In this document: positions 47,608-59,195 of the stretch, piece by piece
How positions within the stretch are numbered: position 1 is the first letter of the stretch
How the letters are laid out: every line of letters starts with the position of its first letter
Source of the DNA: Leptospirales bacterium
GTDB lineage: Bacteria; Spirochaetota; Leptospiria; Turneriellales; JAOUFE01
Assembly: GCA_040326155.1 (NCBI GenBank)
Contig: JBEQLE010000020.1
Span: 1-60,597 of the forward strand
Direction: 5' to 3'
Length of the DNA stretch: 60,597 nucleotides
Position numbers and translations under genes: made by a program
The notes under the pieces: model-generated
What the model was told of the DNA's origin: nothing
What the model saw: only the letters and a program-made list of their open reading frames with translations
The model's database searches: none

Positions 47608-48036
47608 ATGGCTATTGTAATTTGGGATGGTTCGCTTGCTACGGGGATAAAATTGATAGACTTGCAGCATAAAAGGTTGTTTGAAATTATAAATCAATTG
47701 CATGATAAAATGCACGATGCGGCTGATGAGATGTCTTTATTAACCACATTTGACAGTATGAGCCAATATGCCAGAATTCATTTTCAATCAGAAGAAAGTT
47801 TACTGGAAAAATATAAGTATCACGATATCGATATACAAAAAGCGGAACACAATGAGTTCTATGGGGAAATTGAAAGTTTAAAAGAAGAGTTTCATAAAAA
47901 TGGGATATCGAATCTCTTCTCTGAAAGTCTTACCTATCTGTTAAACTGGGTTGTACGACATGTGGAAACGCATGACCTGAAATTTGCTGAATTTATACGG
48001 CTAAAAATAGCTGAAGATGAATCAACACAAGGGTAG
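47608..48036 (+). CDS. Bacteriohemerythrin
   Basis: W...L.TGI..ID.QH, HFQSEE, EH..F, W...HV...D motifs. Confidence 0.92.
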   Translation: MAIVIWDGSLATGIKLIDLQHKRLFEIINQLHDKMHDAADEMSLLTTFDSMSQYARIHFQSEESLLEKYKYHDIDIQKAEHNEFYGEIESLKEEFHKNGISNLFSESLTYLLNWVVRHVETHDLKFAEFIRLKIAEDESTQG

Positions 48037-48054
48037 TCAGCGATAATTGTACTC

Positions 48055-49710
48055 TTAATCTACTTTGAATTTCATAACGATGGCCGACATATTTTCGGAC
48101 ATAGAGTTTAAGGAATTTGCTAGTTTGGAAATTTCTTCCGCGTCGCTCAGGCTGTTTTTTGTGGAGCTAGATACATTGTTTATGTTTTTCGTTACTTCGC
48201 TGGACGCAGTGGAGCTGCCGAATATATTTGTCGCAATTTCTTTTGTGGCAACAGATTGTTCTTCAACGGACGCGGCGATCGTGGTTGATATCTCATCTAG
48301 TTTTTCGATAATGCTGTTTACTTCAACGTTATTTTCAACAGAATTTTGCGTACTTACTTGAATCGATTCTATGCCATTTGTAATTTCTTCTGCGGCACTT
48401 TCTACCTGTCGGGCCAATTCCTTGACCTCTTCAGCGACGACCGCAAAACCTTTTCCGGCTTCCCCGGCGCTTGCGGCTTCAATGGCAGCGTTCAAAGCCA
48501 GCAATTTTGTCTGTGAAGCAATTTTACTTACCAGACTTATGACCTTACCAATTTCCTGGGCTTTTGTACCAAGTGCAACAATCTGATCTTTCGAGCTAGT
48601 CGCAATCGTTTGAGCTTTTTTTGACATTCTGGCTGCTTCATTCGACTGGTGTGCAACATCACTTATGGATATTGAAATTTCTTCGACAGAAGATGAAATT
48701 ACCTGCATGTTCTGATCCATTTGATTTGCAGCAGTGGCAATCGCCAGTGAATTTTCGGAAAGATCTTGAGCTGCAGTAAGTTGTCCGGCGCTTGTTTTCG
48801 TAAGTTGATCTGAAGAACCAGCCAGATCCATGCTGTATAATTTTACTTCAGTTATTACTTTTTGTAGATTGTCAAAGTAGTTATTCATTGCCTGCGACAG
48901 TATATCAATTTCAGTTATATCACTTTCTTTAAAACGTGCAGTAAGGTTTCCTGTTTCAACGGAATCATTCATTTGTGTATTAAATATTTCGATTTGCGAT
49001 TTCATGGATCGAGCTATAATAAATATGGCAAGAGACAATAAAAACATCATCAGCAGTAATATCGATGCAACGATAATTATATTGGTATGATTATTATCTA
49101 ACTGCTTATCAATTGGTAAAATTACTTCAAGAATACCCCGTACATCGTTAAGTTGCCAGTTATTCTTTGGAGTTAGCGGATGGGAATTATGGCATTGAAC
49201 ACAAGCCTGAGCCACCATTCGGTCTGCCACAGCAACTCGAATGACCTTTTTTCCATCGATTTCCCCTTCTTTATAAAACTCTTCTGCTGTTACATTGTTG
49301 TCATAAAAGGCAATGGCCTCCTGGGCAAAGGAATCGAGTGTTCTTGATTGGCGATTTGGAAAAGGGTATTTGCTATACAATCTCAATTGAATATTCTCTT
49401 TTTCTTTGCTGATCACTTCTGACAAGTCGTGAATCAGGGTTGCAGGAAGAGGAATTGTGTCTTTGTCTGTCTTATGATCAAAGTTAATTTTCAGACTTCC
49501 AGAGTTTTTCACTTTTTTGACTACGTACTGGGTATAATATGATCTCAGTTGTTTATATTGGGAAATTGTTTTTTTGGCAGAATCAATATTTAATTCAACG
49601 ATATTCTTGTTTGAGAGGAAAAATTCAACGGTAATAATTAATACAAAGCTTAGACCCAACACAGGAATGGTCTTTATCATTATTTTTTTTAAAAGACTCT
49701 TTTTTCTCAT
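48055..49710 (-). CDS. Methyl-accepting chemotaxis protein with DUF3365-type heme-c (CxxCH) sensor domain
   Basis: Periplasmic [21 protein letters not shown]...DVRG; signalling tip [31 protein letters not shown]. Confidence 0.92.
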   Translation of the reverse strand: MRKKSLLKKIMIKTIPVLGLSFVLIITVEFFLSNKNIVELNIDSAKKTISQYKQLRSYYTQYVVKKVKNSGSLKINFDHKTDKDTIPLPATLIHDLSEVISKEKENIQLRLYSKYPFPNRQSRTLDSFAQEAIAFYDNNVTAEEFYKEGEIDGKKVIRVAVADRMVAQACVQCHNSHPLTPKNNWQLNDVRGILEVILPIDKQLDNNHTNIIIVASILLLMMFLLSLAIFIIARSMKSQIEIFNTQMNDSVETGNLTARFKESDITEIDILSQAMNNYFDNLQKVITEVKLYSMDLAGSSDQLTKTSAGQLTAAQDLSENSLAIATAANQMDQNMQVISSSVEEISISISDVAHQSNEAARMSKKAQTIATSSKDQIVALGTKAQEIGKVISLVSKIASQTKLLALNAAIEAASAGEAGKGFAVVAEEVKELARQVESAAEEITNGIESIQVSTQNSVENNVEVNSIIEKLDEISTTIAASVEEQSVATKEIATNIFGSSTASSEVTKNINNVSSSTKNSLSDAEEISKLANSLNSMSENMSAIVMKFKVD

Positions 49711-49930
49711 CGTTTACCCCAATTATTTTGAAAAACAAAATACATAATAACAAATAATTAATACCATACTAAAACCCATTATTTACATCGGCTAATTCAT
49801 CGATAATATAAATAAATTATACGAATAATTCAGCAATCATTTAACAAATCATTGGTATAATTAAAATTTTGGTATATTTCCATTATACGTATGACGATAC
49901 TTAATATCTAAGGTTGCGAGAGCTTTATAT

Positions 49931-52906
49931 ATGGATGAATTATTAAAAACTTTTATATCAGACGCTCAGGATATTTTAATCGATCTGGAAGAAAATATAC
50001 TGAAACTTGAAAGCGAAATAACCAAAGATAATATCGATACAATTTTTCGCCAGGTTCATACAATTAAAGGCAATTCAAGTTTGTTCGATTTGTCGCAAAT
50101 GAGTAATCTCACGCACAAATTCGAAACAACTTTCAGCAAGGTAAGAAATGAAACCTTAGATATTGATCAGGGAAAAATTGATGTTTTTCTGAAAATTATA
50201 GATGTTCTAAACCAGATGGTGGCTAATATTGAAGAGGCAAATCAATATAAAATAGATGGACTGCTTCAAGATCTCGATAACATGCAAAATCAAAAGAGCG
50301 ATTCGGACGAGGTAAAACCAAAGCCGAAGAAAAAGCCCAAAAAAGCCAAACCCCGAAAAAAGAAAAGCAGTAAAAAAGATGTAAAAGATGCGGCCCTGTT
50401 TCTGGCGAGTTTGAACGAAGAACTCGATTTTCTGGAGGATAAAATAGTATCTTTAGAAAATGAACCTGAGCCAGCAAGTATTTCTGAATTGAAAATTAAG
50501 TTCGAATCTTATGTTCTTTCCGCTACTGAATTTGATCAGGATAAACTTGTACAACTGTTTTTGAATTTATTTTTGTTTTTTGATCTGATCGAAAAAGATA
50601 AAATTAAAATCGATGTAGATACGATTGATTTGGCGTTATTGTCTTTAGTATATGTTAGAAACGCCACTACGGCAGGTGAAAATGTTTCTAATCTTGAATA
50701 CAACGAAGTTATAAACAGTTTTAAATCTATGGAACTCTTGAGTGACGCTCTTGTCGAGTATAACAAAAGCATGCCAAAATCTAAAAAAAGTTCCACAAAA
50801 AAATCGGAAGATACCCGTAAAAGCGCCGGTCGCGGTAAAAAGAAAACAGAAGAAAAAAAATCGGATGATGTAAAGAAAAAAAATGCCATAAGAATTTTAA
50901 AAAGTACCGTTGACGAAGCCAGAAAGCTGAATAAATTTTTGTTTTTATTTAAATATACGAACGTTACGGAATTAAACAAAATAGAAGAGTATTATGGTAA
51001 GCAATTAGAATCTACGATTATTGAGATTTTCGATTTCTCAAAGCGTGACGATCGTAAAATATGTTATTTGCTGGTTACATCCTCTGAAGATATTCGCGAA
51101 AAAGCCGCCCTGTTTACCATACTTTATGACAGGGTGAAAATAATTCATGAGCCAGATGTTGCTTTGAAAATTGAGGAATCTGTAAAAAGTGTTGAAAAAC
51201 CGGAACTTCCGGCGCCGCAAACAAAGCCTGAAAGCAAAACAACGCATTTAAAAGTGCCCATTGAACTTATTGACCAGCTGATAAACCTGGCTGGAGAATC
51301 GATTGTAGCACGAAATGAGATTATACAAAAAATAAATTCTATAGATTCGCCAACACTGGTCTCGAGTGGAAACAAGATTAGTTCACTTATAACACGCCTG
51401 CAAAAAAATATAATGAGAACCAGAATGCAACCGGTCAGCGTTTTATACCAGAGAATACCGCGAATAGTCCGAGACGTATCAAAGGTGTTGAACAAAAAAG
51501 TAAATCTTATTATGGACGGTACGGATGTCCATCTCGATAGCACTCTGCTTGACGCGATTAGTGATCCTATTATGCATATCGTTAGAAATGCAATTGATCA
51601 TGGTCTTGAATCTCAAGATGAAAGAAGGAAATTGAAAAAAACAGAGACTGGTATGCTCAAGATTATTGCTTCTTTGCATGGCGGTAACGTTATTTTGACT
51701 ATAGTAGATGACGGTAAGGGAGTTGATTTAAAAAAAGTTAAAGAAAAAATTATTGAAAAAGGTCTGGCAAGTAAAGATACCGTTGCCGGTTTACAAGATG
51801 ATGAAATATTAAATTTTATTTTCGAACCAGGTTTTACCACTACTACAAAAGTTACAACAACTTCGGGAAGAGGGGTTGGGATGGATGTAGTAAGAAGCAG
51901 TATAAACAAAGTGGGGGGAACTGTAGATATTAAAACAGTTTTCAATAAGGGAACCACTATAACAATTACACTACCGCAAACATTATCCATTATAACCTGT
52001 CAAATTCTCAAAATTGGAAATCGCCGTTTTGCCTTACCGCAACAGAATCTGGTCAGTCTGGTCGATCTCGAAGAGACACGGGTGTCTTATGTGGAAGACC
52101 ATATTATGTACAAATTCCATAATGAGTTGATTCCAATTTTTGAGTCCGATAAAATACTAGAGCTGAATGATGATGGTTCCGGTAAAGAGAATGAAACAAA
52201 AGAAAAATTTATTGCCGTTGTAAAGACCGAACAATATCAGTTTGGTTTAATTTTCGATGACATTTTAAATTCCGAAGAAATTGTAATAAAACCTCTTGGA
52301 AAACATTTTCTTGGTTTAAACTGGTTTTCAGGGGCCACCATACTGGGAGACGGTGAAGCAATTTTAATTCTGGATATTCCCGGAATGGCCCGAGAGCTAA
52401 ATGTAAGACATATTCTAACAAATAAAATTATGCGTGAAACCAAAGAAGAGCCATCGACTGTGAATAATTCACTAAGTGAAGGAAACTATCTTGTTTTTCG
52501 CGTTTTTGATCAACAGTTTGCAATTTCTACTAGAGAGAAACCAAAAATAATCAAACTGGCGCCAGATTCACTGGATCATCTGCTTGCATTTTCAGTCATA
52601 GAACACCGGGGGACGATTGTTCCTTTGTTCGAATTAAACAAGTATTATGAAATAAACATTATACCTGAGAAGAAACAAAGGTTTGCAGTTATGTTTCATA
52701 TAAATGACCAAGATATAGGAATCGTTGTAACTGATATTGTAAATGTTATTGATAATATTCCACCATTCGATCAGGTCAATTTCAGTGATGAAACAATTGA
52801 TGGCGCATCGCTCATTGAAGAGAAACCAACAATGGTGTTAAACAGCAAGAACCTGCTGGAAAAATATTTAAATGAATATGAGATGCAAAATACGGCAGTA
52901 ACTTGA
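49931..52906 (+). CDS. cheA: Chemotaxis histidine kinase CheA (HPt, pseudo-HPt, dimerisation, HATPase, two CheW domains)
   Basis: FRQVHTIKG, HIVRNAIDHGLE, DDGKG, IFEPGFTT, SGRGVGMDVV, GATILGDG. Confidence 0.95.
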   Translation: MDELLKTFISDAQDILIDLEENILKLESEITKDNIDTIFRQVHTIKGNSSLFDLSQMSNLTHKFETTFSKVRNETLDIDQGKIDVFLKIIDVLNQMVANIEEANQYKIDGLLQDLDNMQNQKSDSDEVKPKPKKKPKKAKPRKKKSSKKDVKDAALFLASLNEELDFLEDKIVSLENEPEPASISELKIKFESYVLSATEFDQDKLVQLFLNLFLFFDLIEKDKIKIDVDTIDLALLSLVYVRNATTAGENVSNLEYNEVINSFKSMELLSDALVEYNKSMPKSKKSSTKKSEDTRKSAGRGKKKTEEKKSDDVKKKNAIRILKSTVDEARKLNKFLFLFKYTNVTELNKIEEYYGKQLESTIIEIFDFSKRDDRKICYLLVTSSEDIREKAALFTILYDRVKIIHEPDVALKIEESVKSVEKPELPAPQTKPESKTTHLKVPIELIDQLINLAGESIVARNEIIQKINSIDSPTLVSSGNKISSLITRLQKNIMRTRMQPVSVLYQRIPRIVRDVSKVLNKKVNLIMDGTDVHLDSTLLDAISDPIMHIVRNAIDHGLESQDERRKLKKTETGMLKIIASLHGGNVILTIVDDGKGVDLKKVKEKIIEKGLASKDTVAGLQDDEILNFIFEPGFTTTTKVTTTSGRGVGMDVVRSSINKVGGTVDIKTVFNKGTTITITLPQTLSIITCQILKIGNRRFALPQQNLVSLVDLEETRVSYVEDHIMYKFHNELIPIFESDKILELNDDGSGKENETKEKFIAVVKTEQYQFGLIFDDILNSEEIVIKPLGKHFLGLNWFSGATILGDGEAILILDIPGMARELNVRHILTNKIMRETKEEPSTVNNSLSEGNYLVFRVFDQQFAISTREKPKIIKLAPDSLDHLLAFSVIEHRGTIVPLFELNKYYEINIIPEKKQRFAVMFHINDQDIGIVVTDIVNVIDNIPPFDQVNFSDETIDGASLIEEKPTMVLNSKNLLEKYLNEYEMQNTAVT

Positions 52907-53394
52907 TGAGTGAAAAAAACGAACATAATGACTCCATTGAAAATTCTTTTAAAAAGCATTTTCAGGCCTTGATATTTAAAGATGAAGATAAATATTTCGG
53001 AATAGATATTTCTCTTTGCCAGGATGTAAATGAAGAAATAGAAATTAAATCGGTTCCAAAATCAAAAAAGTATATTGCTGGAATTATAAATATTAGAGGA
53101 GAAATTATTACGGTTATCGATTTGGCGCGGCTTTTAAAATATAAGAAGAATAATGTAACCAATAGTTCAGCTGTTATACGCATAAAAACGGAAAATAACA
53201 CAGATGCGATCAGGGCCGATTCCATTAAAGATATCATGAAAATTCCGAATGATTCTTTAGAAGACGCCTCAAGTTATCTTGGAGAAAGGGAAGTTCAGTT
53301 TATTGATCATGTTGCTTTGATCGAAAATAATTTGATATTGTTTCCGAATATTCAAAAAATATTTGATAGTCAAGAGGTATCTGATCTTGACTAA
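52903..53394 (+). CDS. cheW: Chemotaxis adaptor CheW
   Basis: VP.S..YIAGIINIRGEIITVIDL. Confidence 0.92.
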   Translation: MMSEKNEHNDSIENSFKKHFQALIFKDEDKYFGIDISLCQDVNEEIEIKSVPKSKKYIAGIINIRGEIITVIDLARLLKYKKNNVTNSSAVIRIKTENNTDAIRADSIKDIMKIPNDSLEDASSYLGEREVQFIDHVALIENNLILFPNIQKIFDSQEVSDLD

Positions 53395-53455
53395 ACTTGT
53401 TTTTTTATAGACCGACAAAATTTGGAACATATTCAGGTAATGGATTGTATTAAAT

Positions 53456-54517
53456 ATGACAGAAAAATTTAAAATAATGATCATTGATGATTCTACGATT
53501 ATCAGGAATTTACTAAGAGATGTTTTAAGCCAAAATTCGGATATGGAAGTTATATCCGTAGCCAGTAATGGATTGCTGGCGTTGCCGCGCATTAAGTTTT
53601 ACGAACCGGACATTATTATACTCGATTATGAAATGCCGCAAATGAACGGTATTGAGACCTTGAAAGAAATCAAAAAGATGCAATTGAAAACCAAGGTAAT
53701 TATGTTCAGCGCTTTTACAGCCGAGGGTGCTAAAATTACCATTGAGGCTCTTGAAAATGGTGCTGTTGACTTTTTACAAAAACCGGTGTTTGAAAAAGGA
53801 AGCGAACCAAAGCAATATATACAAGAAACATTAGTTCCAAAAATAAAAGCCCTTTTGGGTCATGTCGCAGTTTCAACTCGAACGTCCAGGCCGACTAAGA
53901 AAGAGATTCCGGGAAAATACTATGTGCCCTTACCCGGCTCTTTTGATTTTTGCATTATCGGTATTTCAACCGGCGGCCCGATGGCACTTAAAGAAATGTT
54001 TGCCAATATTCCCGAGAGTATCAATGGTAGTATTTTTGTTACACAGCATATGCCACCTGCTTTTACGAAGTATCTGGCCCTGAGTTTGAATAAAAATTCA
54101 AAACTGACAATTGTTGAGGCAGAAGATGGTATGGAATCCAAACCGGGTTGGGTTTATATTGCGCCGGGAGGGAAGCATATGCTTGCCGAAAAAATTCCGG
54201 GAGCGGGGGTCAGAATTAAAATAGATAATTCGCCTCATTATAAAAACTGCAAACCTTCGGTAAATTTGATGTTTAAATCGTTTGTAGACATTCGTCCGGC
54301 TAAAACAATTAGTGTAATTATGACGGGTATGGGTGATGATGGCTATGAATCAATGAAAGAACTTGAAAAAGCAGGGTCTTACTTGTTGGCACAAAATGAA
54401 GAAAGTTGCCTGATTTTTGGTATGCCCGCAAAGCCCAGCCAGGATAACATTATTCATGAAAGTTATAATCTCGATGGATTAGCTAAAAATATAACGTCCC
54501 TTCTTGGAGTCTTGTAA
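53456..54517 (+). CDS. cheB: Chemotaxis methylesterase CheB (REC plus esterase)
   Basis: LDYEMP REC domain; GISTGGP, QHMP, TGMGDDG catalytic motifs. Confidence 0.95.
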   Translation: MTEKFKIMIIDDSTIIRNLLRDVLSQNSDMEVISVASNGLLALPRIKFYEPDIIILDYEMPQMNGIETLKEIKKMQLKTKVIMFSAFTAEGAKITIEALENGAVDFLQKPVFEKGSEPKQYIQETLVPKIKALLGHVAVSTRTSRPTKKEIPGKYYVPLPGSFDFCIIGISTGGPMALKEMFANIPESINGSIFVTQHMPPAFTKYLALSLNKNSKLTIVEAEDGMESKPGWVYIAPGGKHMLAEKIPGAGVRIKIDNSPHYKNCKPSVNLMFKSFVDIRPAKTISVIMTGMGDDGYESMKELEKAGSYLLAQNEESCLIFGMPAKPSQDNIIHESYNLDGLAKNITSLLGVL

Positions 54518-55306
54518 GTGGATTTAATCGAGCTGAAAAAAGCCATAGAAAATAAATTTGGTATATTTTATCATGAAGATAAGAATTATTTGCTAAAATC
54601 TCGTGTTAGCGATGTAATGCTTGAATATAATTTGCAAAGCTATGACAAAGTGGCAGAGCAAATGTATCGGCAAAATGACCATGAATTTCTGGACAAGATA
54701 GCGAATTGTGTTACAACCCGTGAAACTTTTTTTTTTAGAAATCCCAATGTTTATAATGTCTTTTTTTCTGATGTGTTAACGACATACCCCAAAGATAAAC
54801 CCATTAAAATATGGTCGGCAGGGTGTTCAACCGGTCAGGAACCCTACAGTATCGCGATGGGTATATCAGAAAAATATCCTCATCAGATTCCCAATATATC
54901 TATAATAGGAAGTGATATAAGTCCAGAAGCGATTGCAAAAGCCAAGAAGGGAATATATACAGAATTTGAATTAAGCAGGGGTTTGTCTGAACATCAGATT
55001 TCAAGCTTCTTTACAAAATCAGACAGATATTATCAGATATCAGAATCAATTCAAACTATCGTGTCTTTTAAAAAAGAAAATCTGTTGCAGATTAACCCAC
55101 GTCCATTTTTTGATATTATTTTTTTCCAGAATGTTGCTATATATTTTAAAGGGGATTTTAGAAGAAAGATTATTCAAAATATCTCTAACTATCTGGTACC
55201 AGGCGGTGTTTTAATTATAGGTAGCTCTGAAAATCTTTCGGATTACCTGAGCGAAATGAAACTTGTTAAATCTGGAATGATGTTTTTTTACAGGAAGGAA
55301 GCATGA
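54518..55306 (+). CDS. cheR: Chemotaxis methyltransferase CheR
   Basis: TRETFFFR, IWSAGCSTGQEPYSIAM, FDIIF..NV.IYF, G.SE. Confidence 0.95.
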   Translation: MDLIELKKAIENKFGIFYHEDKNYLLKSRVSDVMLEYNLQSYDKVAEQMYRQNDHEFLDKIANCVTTRETFFFRNPNVYNVFFSDVLTTYPKDKPIKIWSAGCSTGQEPYSIAMGISEKYPHQIPNISIIGSDISPEAIAKAKKGIYTEFELSRGLSEHQISSFFTKSDRYYQISESIQTIVSFKKENLLQINPRPFFDIIFFQNVAIYFKGDFRRKIIQNISNYLVPGGVLIIGSSENLSDYLSEMKLVKSGMMFFYRKEA

Positions 55307-57057
55307 AGAAAAAAGTTGGAGTTTTAACAGACAGTGATCCTATTAATATGATTATTACAAGCGGGGTTGATTCTGTAGATTGCGAATCTATTATATTCAA
55401 TTCCAGCGACAATCGAATTATCGATAAGCTTTCTAATATAGATATTTTATTTATAAAGTCAACTCTGAGCTCCATAAACAGCATTGAACTTTGTACCCAG
55501 ATTAAAGAAGATTCTTCCTTAAAAAAAATTCAAATCGTAATTATATCTTCGAATGAAAAAGTTGCGGAAGAGAGTACGGATTTTCACGCCAATTATTATC
55601 TAAAAATTCCTTTCAAAATTCAAGATGTAAAAGAAGTCCTGAACCAATGTGTTACTTTGGAAAATGTTATTCTTTATGTTGATGATAGTAAAATATTCCA
55701 TAATTCAGTAGTTCCGGAAATTTTGGAGCAGGGTTATCAGGTTATTACTGCGATGGATGGCCAGCAGGGGTTGGATAAACTTCGCGATAACAGAGTAGAT
55801 CTGGTAATTACAGATATTGAGATGCCTGTAAAAGACGGCTATGGACTTTGCTATGAAATAAAAAAATCACCGGAGACAAATCATATTCCCGTGATTATGA
55901 CATCAACTCTTGATAGTGAAGAGTCTATTGAAAAAGGTTTTTCTGTCGGAGCGAATGACTATTTGACAAAACCCTTTAATATTCCCGAGTTGTTGAATCG
56001 AATTCAGCAGCATCTGAGTAAGGGTGACACCAGAAGACCAGAACAGATTTTACTGGTTGAGAATGACAACATTGTAAAAGATATTATATTGCAGGCATTA
56101 AGTTATAATGGTTTTAAGGCTGATCATGTACGAAATGGACGAATTGCCTTGTCGATGCTGCGCAACAAACGTTATCAATTAATTATAACCGCATATCATT
56201 TGCCTTTGTTAGATGGGTACAGTCTGGCCGTCCAGATTCGCCAGAGTGAAAAGTTGAGTAAAATACCAATTATTATGCTTACAACAAATGAAAAGCGTTC
56301 CGAACAGGTAAAGTTGCGTTCTGTTGGTATTCAGGCGTTTATAGTGAAACCATTTAATAATGACAGGCTTATTGCCGAGGTGGAAAGAGTTCTGGCGCAG
56401 GACCGTCTTAAAAAGCAAAATGAAATGATGCGTCATTATTTGACTCAAGATGCTATTGATGCGGTTTCGAAAGGGGTAGAAACGGATGTTACAGAAACGA
56501 CCGGCCAAACATCATTTAGAACAATATTATTTACCGATATAGAAAAATTTACTCCGATGTGTGAGAAATTGACCTCTCAAGAGGTGGTTAATTTATTGAA
56601 TGTATATTTTGATGAGATGGTGGCGGTATTGATTAAATATGACGCTATAATCGATAAATTTATTGGCGACGCCATTATGGCTGTTTTCGGAAAAATTGAA
56701 GATGGCGCGCATCGGGCAGTCTGCGCTGGACTTGAAATGATAGAATCTCTCGATAAGGTGCAAAAACAACTAGATATGGATATTCACATGCGGGTGGGTA
56801 TTAACTCCGGGCATGTTATTTTAGGGGATATTGGAAGCCGATTATATCGTCGTGATTTTACTGTAATTGGCGATAATGTAAACACCGCCCAAAGACTGGA
56901 AAGCAATGCCGGCCGAGATGGAGTACTCATCAGCGATTCAACATATCAATTGATTGACAAGATTGTTGAGGCGACGCCAAAAGAACTGGAATTAAAGGGA
57001 AAAAAAGAGAAGTTTATAGCATACCAGGTGGCAAAAATTAAGCCATACTCTGGTTGA
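55303..57057 (+). CDS. Triple-REC class III nucleotide cyclase (adenylate-type specificity residues)
   Basis: Degenerate REC1, canonical REC2 (ITDIEMP), pseudo-REC3 (ITAYHLP); cyclase motifs LFTDIEKFT, IDKFIGDAIMA, DFTVIGDNVNTAQRLES. Confidence 0.92.
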   Translation: MKKKVGVLTDSDPINMIITSGVDSVDCESIIFNSSDNRIIDKLSNIDILFIKSTLSSINSIELCTQIKEDSSLKKIQIVIISSNEKVAEESTDFHANYYLKIPFKIQDVKEVLNQCVTLENVILYVDDSKIFHNSVVPEILEQGYQVITAMDGQQGLDKLRDNRVDLVITDIEMPVKDGYGLCYEIKKSPETNHIPVIMTSTLDSEESIEKGFSVGANDYLTKPFNIPELLNRIQQHLSKGDTRRPEQILLVENDNIVKDIILQALSYNGFKADHVRNGRIALSMLRNKRYQLIITAYHLPLLDGYSLAVQIRQSEKLSKIPIIMLTTNEKRSEQVKLRSVGIQAFIVKPFNNDRLIAEVERVLAQDRLKKQNEMMRHYLTQDAIDAVSKGVETDVTETTGQTSFRTILFTDIEKFTPMCEKLTSQEVVNLLNVYFDEMVAVLIKYDAIIDKFIGDAIMAVFGKIEDGAHRAVCAGLEMIESLDKVQKQLDMDIHMRVGINSGHVILGDIGSRLYRRDFTVIGDNVNTAQRLESNAGRDGVLISDSTYQLIDKIVEATPKELELKGKKEKFIAYQVAKIKPYSG

Positions 57058-57178
57058 ATGCAGTTATAGATAAATTAATTATTGGATTTTCATTTGATTA
57101 TTCAATGGAAATAGACGAATATGTATGCAAAGAGAAGACCATGGAAAAGATAGAAGAAACGGTAAACCCTGAATTGAT

Positions 57179-59143
57179 ATGAAAACTTTACGAAATTTAA
57201 AAATCAGCATTAAATTATATTTGATGATACTTGTTTTATCGATTCCGTTGTTTGTTTTAACTATTAATACGGTTAAAAGCAAGATACACACCAGAGAAGT
57301 GGGTCAAACGGAACTACAGGGTTTAGAATATATCAGTGTACTACGAGCTACTTTGCAGTCTATGCAAAGCCATCGAGGTATGTCTATGTCTTTGCTAAGC
57401 GGGAATGACGGCATACGCAATAAACTTGATTCTGAAGAAGCGATTTTAAGCGAGAAATTGAATCAACTTAAAGCCCTTGATTCTACAGTTCGGCTAACCA
57501 TGAAAACGGAAGATAAATGGATTGTATTTTTTTCAGACACCCGTGAACTTATTGTAAATGGATTAAAACTGGAACCTTCGGAAAATTTTAAAAACCACAC
57601 AGCTCAAATAGATCACATATTAAGTATGTATCATCATATTGCTGAAACTTCCCATCTTATTTTAGATTCGGAAGTGGATACACATTATATCATCAGTGTG
57701 CTTGTATCGTACCTACCGCCTGTTACGGAATATCTTGGTCAACTGAGGGGGCTCGGAGCCGGAATACTGGCTGACAAATCAATTAGTAAAGACCAGTTCA
57801 ATCGTATGAACAAACTTATTATATTGGTCAATGAAGCAACGCAGAAATACAACACCAGTTTACTTGCAGCGATTCGATATAATTCTGGTTTAAAAGAATT
57901 AATTGATGCAACGCGAAATGATATTCTCGATGAAACAAGTCTGTATACAACATTGGTTGAAAATAGTATTCTAAATAGTCAAAACTTGAATTATAGTTCC
58001 AGTAAATATTTTGAAATTGGTACCTCCCTTATCAATAAAAATTTTGCTTTGTACGATAGACTTACTCCGATTCTCACCGACTTGTTAACGAAAAGAGTGT
58101 CTTCTATGTTGACGGAAATTATTGTACTTATTACCATGATTACAATTGCTTTTTTTACAACCATTGTTTTGGGGTACGTTGTTATTCAAAGCATTACCAG
58201 GCCATTGCAAAACGCCGTTAAGGCTACTGCGGAAATATCGAATGGTAACCTTGCCATTGAGGTAGATGATTCCGGAGAGGACGAAACCGGGAAGCTTTTA
58301 AAATCTGTAAAATTGATGGCTTTGAAACTGGGACAAATGATTAATGATATTATGCAAGGCAATAAGAGTTTAATTCATTCATCAAAAGGATTAACAGAAT
58401 CGAGTACTGCTTTACTGGATTCAAGTGAAAATGTCGCAACCCAGTCGGGTATAATTGCATCAGCCGGTGCGGGGATGAATCAAAACATGTCTATTGTTTC
58501 GAGTTCCATTGAAGAGATGTCCATTTCAGTTTCTGAAGTTTCAAATCGTACAAATGAGGCAGCCGAATTTGCCAACCAGGCTAATATTATGACTCAAGAT
58601 GCAAACAACCTGATGAGTGAGTTGGGCGAAAGTGCATTTGAAATCGGTAAAGTGGTTTCAAAAATTACAGATATTGCGGAGCAAACGAAATTATTAGCGT
58701 TAAACGCAGCTATTGAGGCAGCCAGCGCCGGTGAAGCCGGAAAAGGTTTTTCTGTAGTAGCCCTGGAGGTGAAAGAGTTGGCTTTTCAGACAGGCAATTT
58801 TTCTGAATTTATTAGAACTTTAATTTCACAAATTCAGGTTAAATCTAAGGCAAGTGTAGAAGCGATTGAAAAAATATCGGGTACGATGACTGAATTGAGT
58901 GAAATTACCACAACTATTGCAGGTGCCGTAGAGCAGCAGGCGATTACAGCGAAAGAGATCTCTGGAAATATTAATGATACAAACCAGGCTGCCAATGAAG
59001 TTGTTCATAATATCAATGGCATTGCCACAATTACAAAAGAGAGCGTGCGACATGCCGATAACACTTCTAAGTTTGCGGTCGAGTTGCAAAATCTTTCTGA
59101 GAAATTAAATGAGATTGTAAGTCAATTTACAATCAATAATTAA
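57179..59143 (+). CDS. Methyl-accepting chemotaxis protein with large helical periplasmic sensor and HAMP domain
   Basis: [29 protein letters not shown] (DETGKLL), signalling tip motif. Confidence 0.92.
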   Translation: MKTLRNLKISIKLYLMILVLSIPLFVLTINTVKSKIHTREVGQTELQGLEYISVLRATLQSMQSHRGMSMSLLSGNDGIRNKLDSEEAILSEKLNQLKALDSTVRLTMKTEDKWIVFFSDTRELIVNGLKLEPSENFKNHTAQIDHILSMYHHIAETSHLILDSEVDTHYIISVLVSYLPPVTEYLGQLRGLGAGILADKSISKDQFNRMNKLIILVNEATQKYNTSLLAAIRYNSGLKELIDATRNDILDETSLYTTLVENSILNSQNLNYSSSKYFEIGTSLINKNFALYDRLTPILTDLLTKRVSSMLTEIIVLITMITIAFFTTIVLGYVVIQSITRPLQNAVKATAEISNGNLAIEVDDSGEDETGKLLKSVKLMALKLGQMINDIMQGNKSLIHSSKGLTESSTALLDSSENVATQSGIIASAGAGMNQNMSIVSSSIEEMSISVSEVSNRTNEAAEFANQANIMTQDANNLMSELGESAFEIGKVVSKITDIAEQTKLLALNAAIEAASAGEAGKGFSVVALEVKELAFQTGNFSEFIRTLISQIQVKSKASVEAIEKISGTMTELSEITTTIAGAVEQQAITAKEISGNINDTNQAANEVVHNINGIATITKESVRHADNTSKFAVELQNLSEKLNEIVSQFTINN

Positions 59144-59195
59144 GTGCATTCATGCAAAGGGCAGGGCAATTCGCCGCAGGAACAAAATACGAAAA

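Noticed and set aside
47344..47715. N-terminal 124 aa of the 193-aa ORF
   Set aside because: Runs through element E5 and antisense to the hemerythrin gene; only the last 69 codons look like a real gene.
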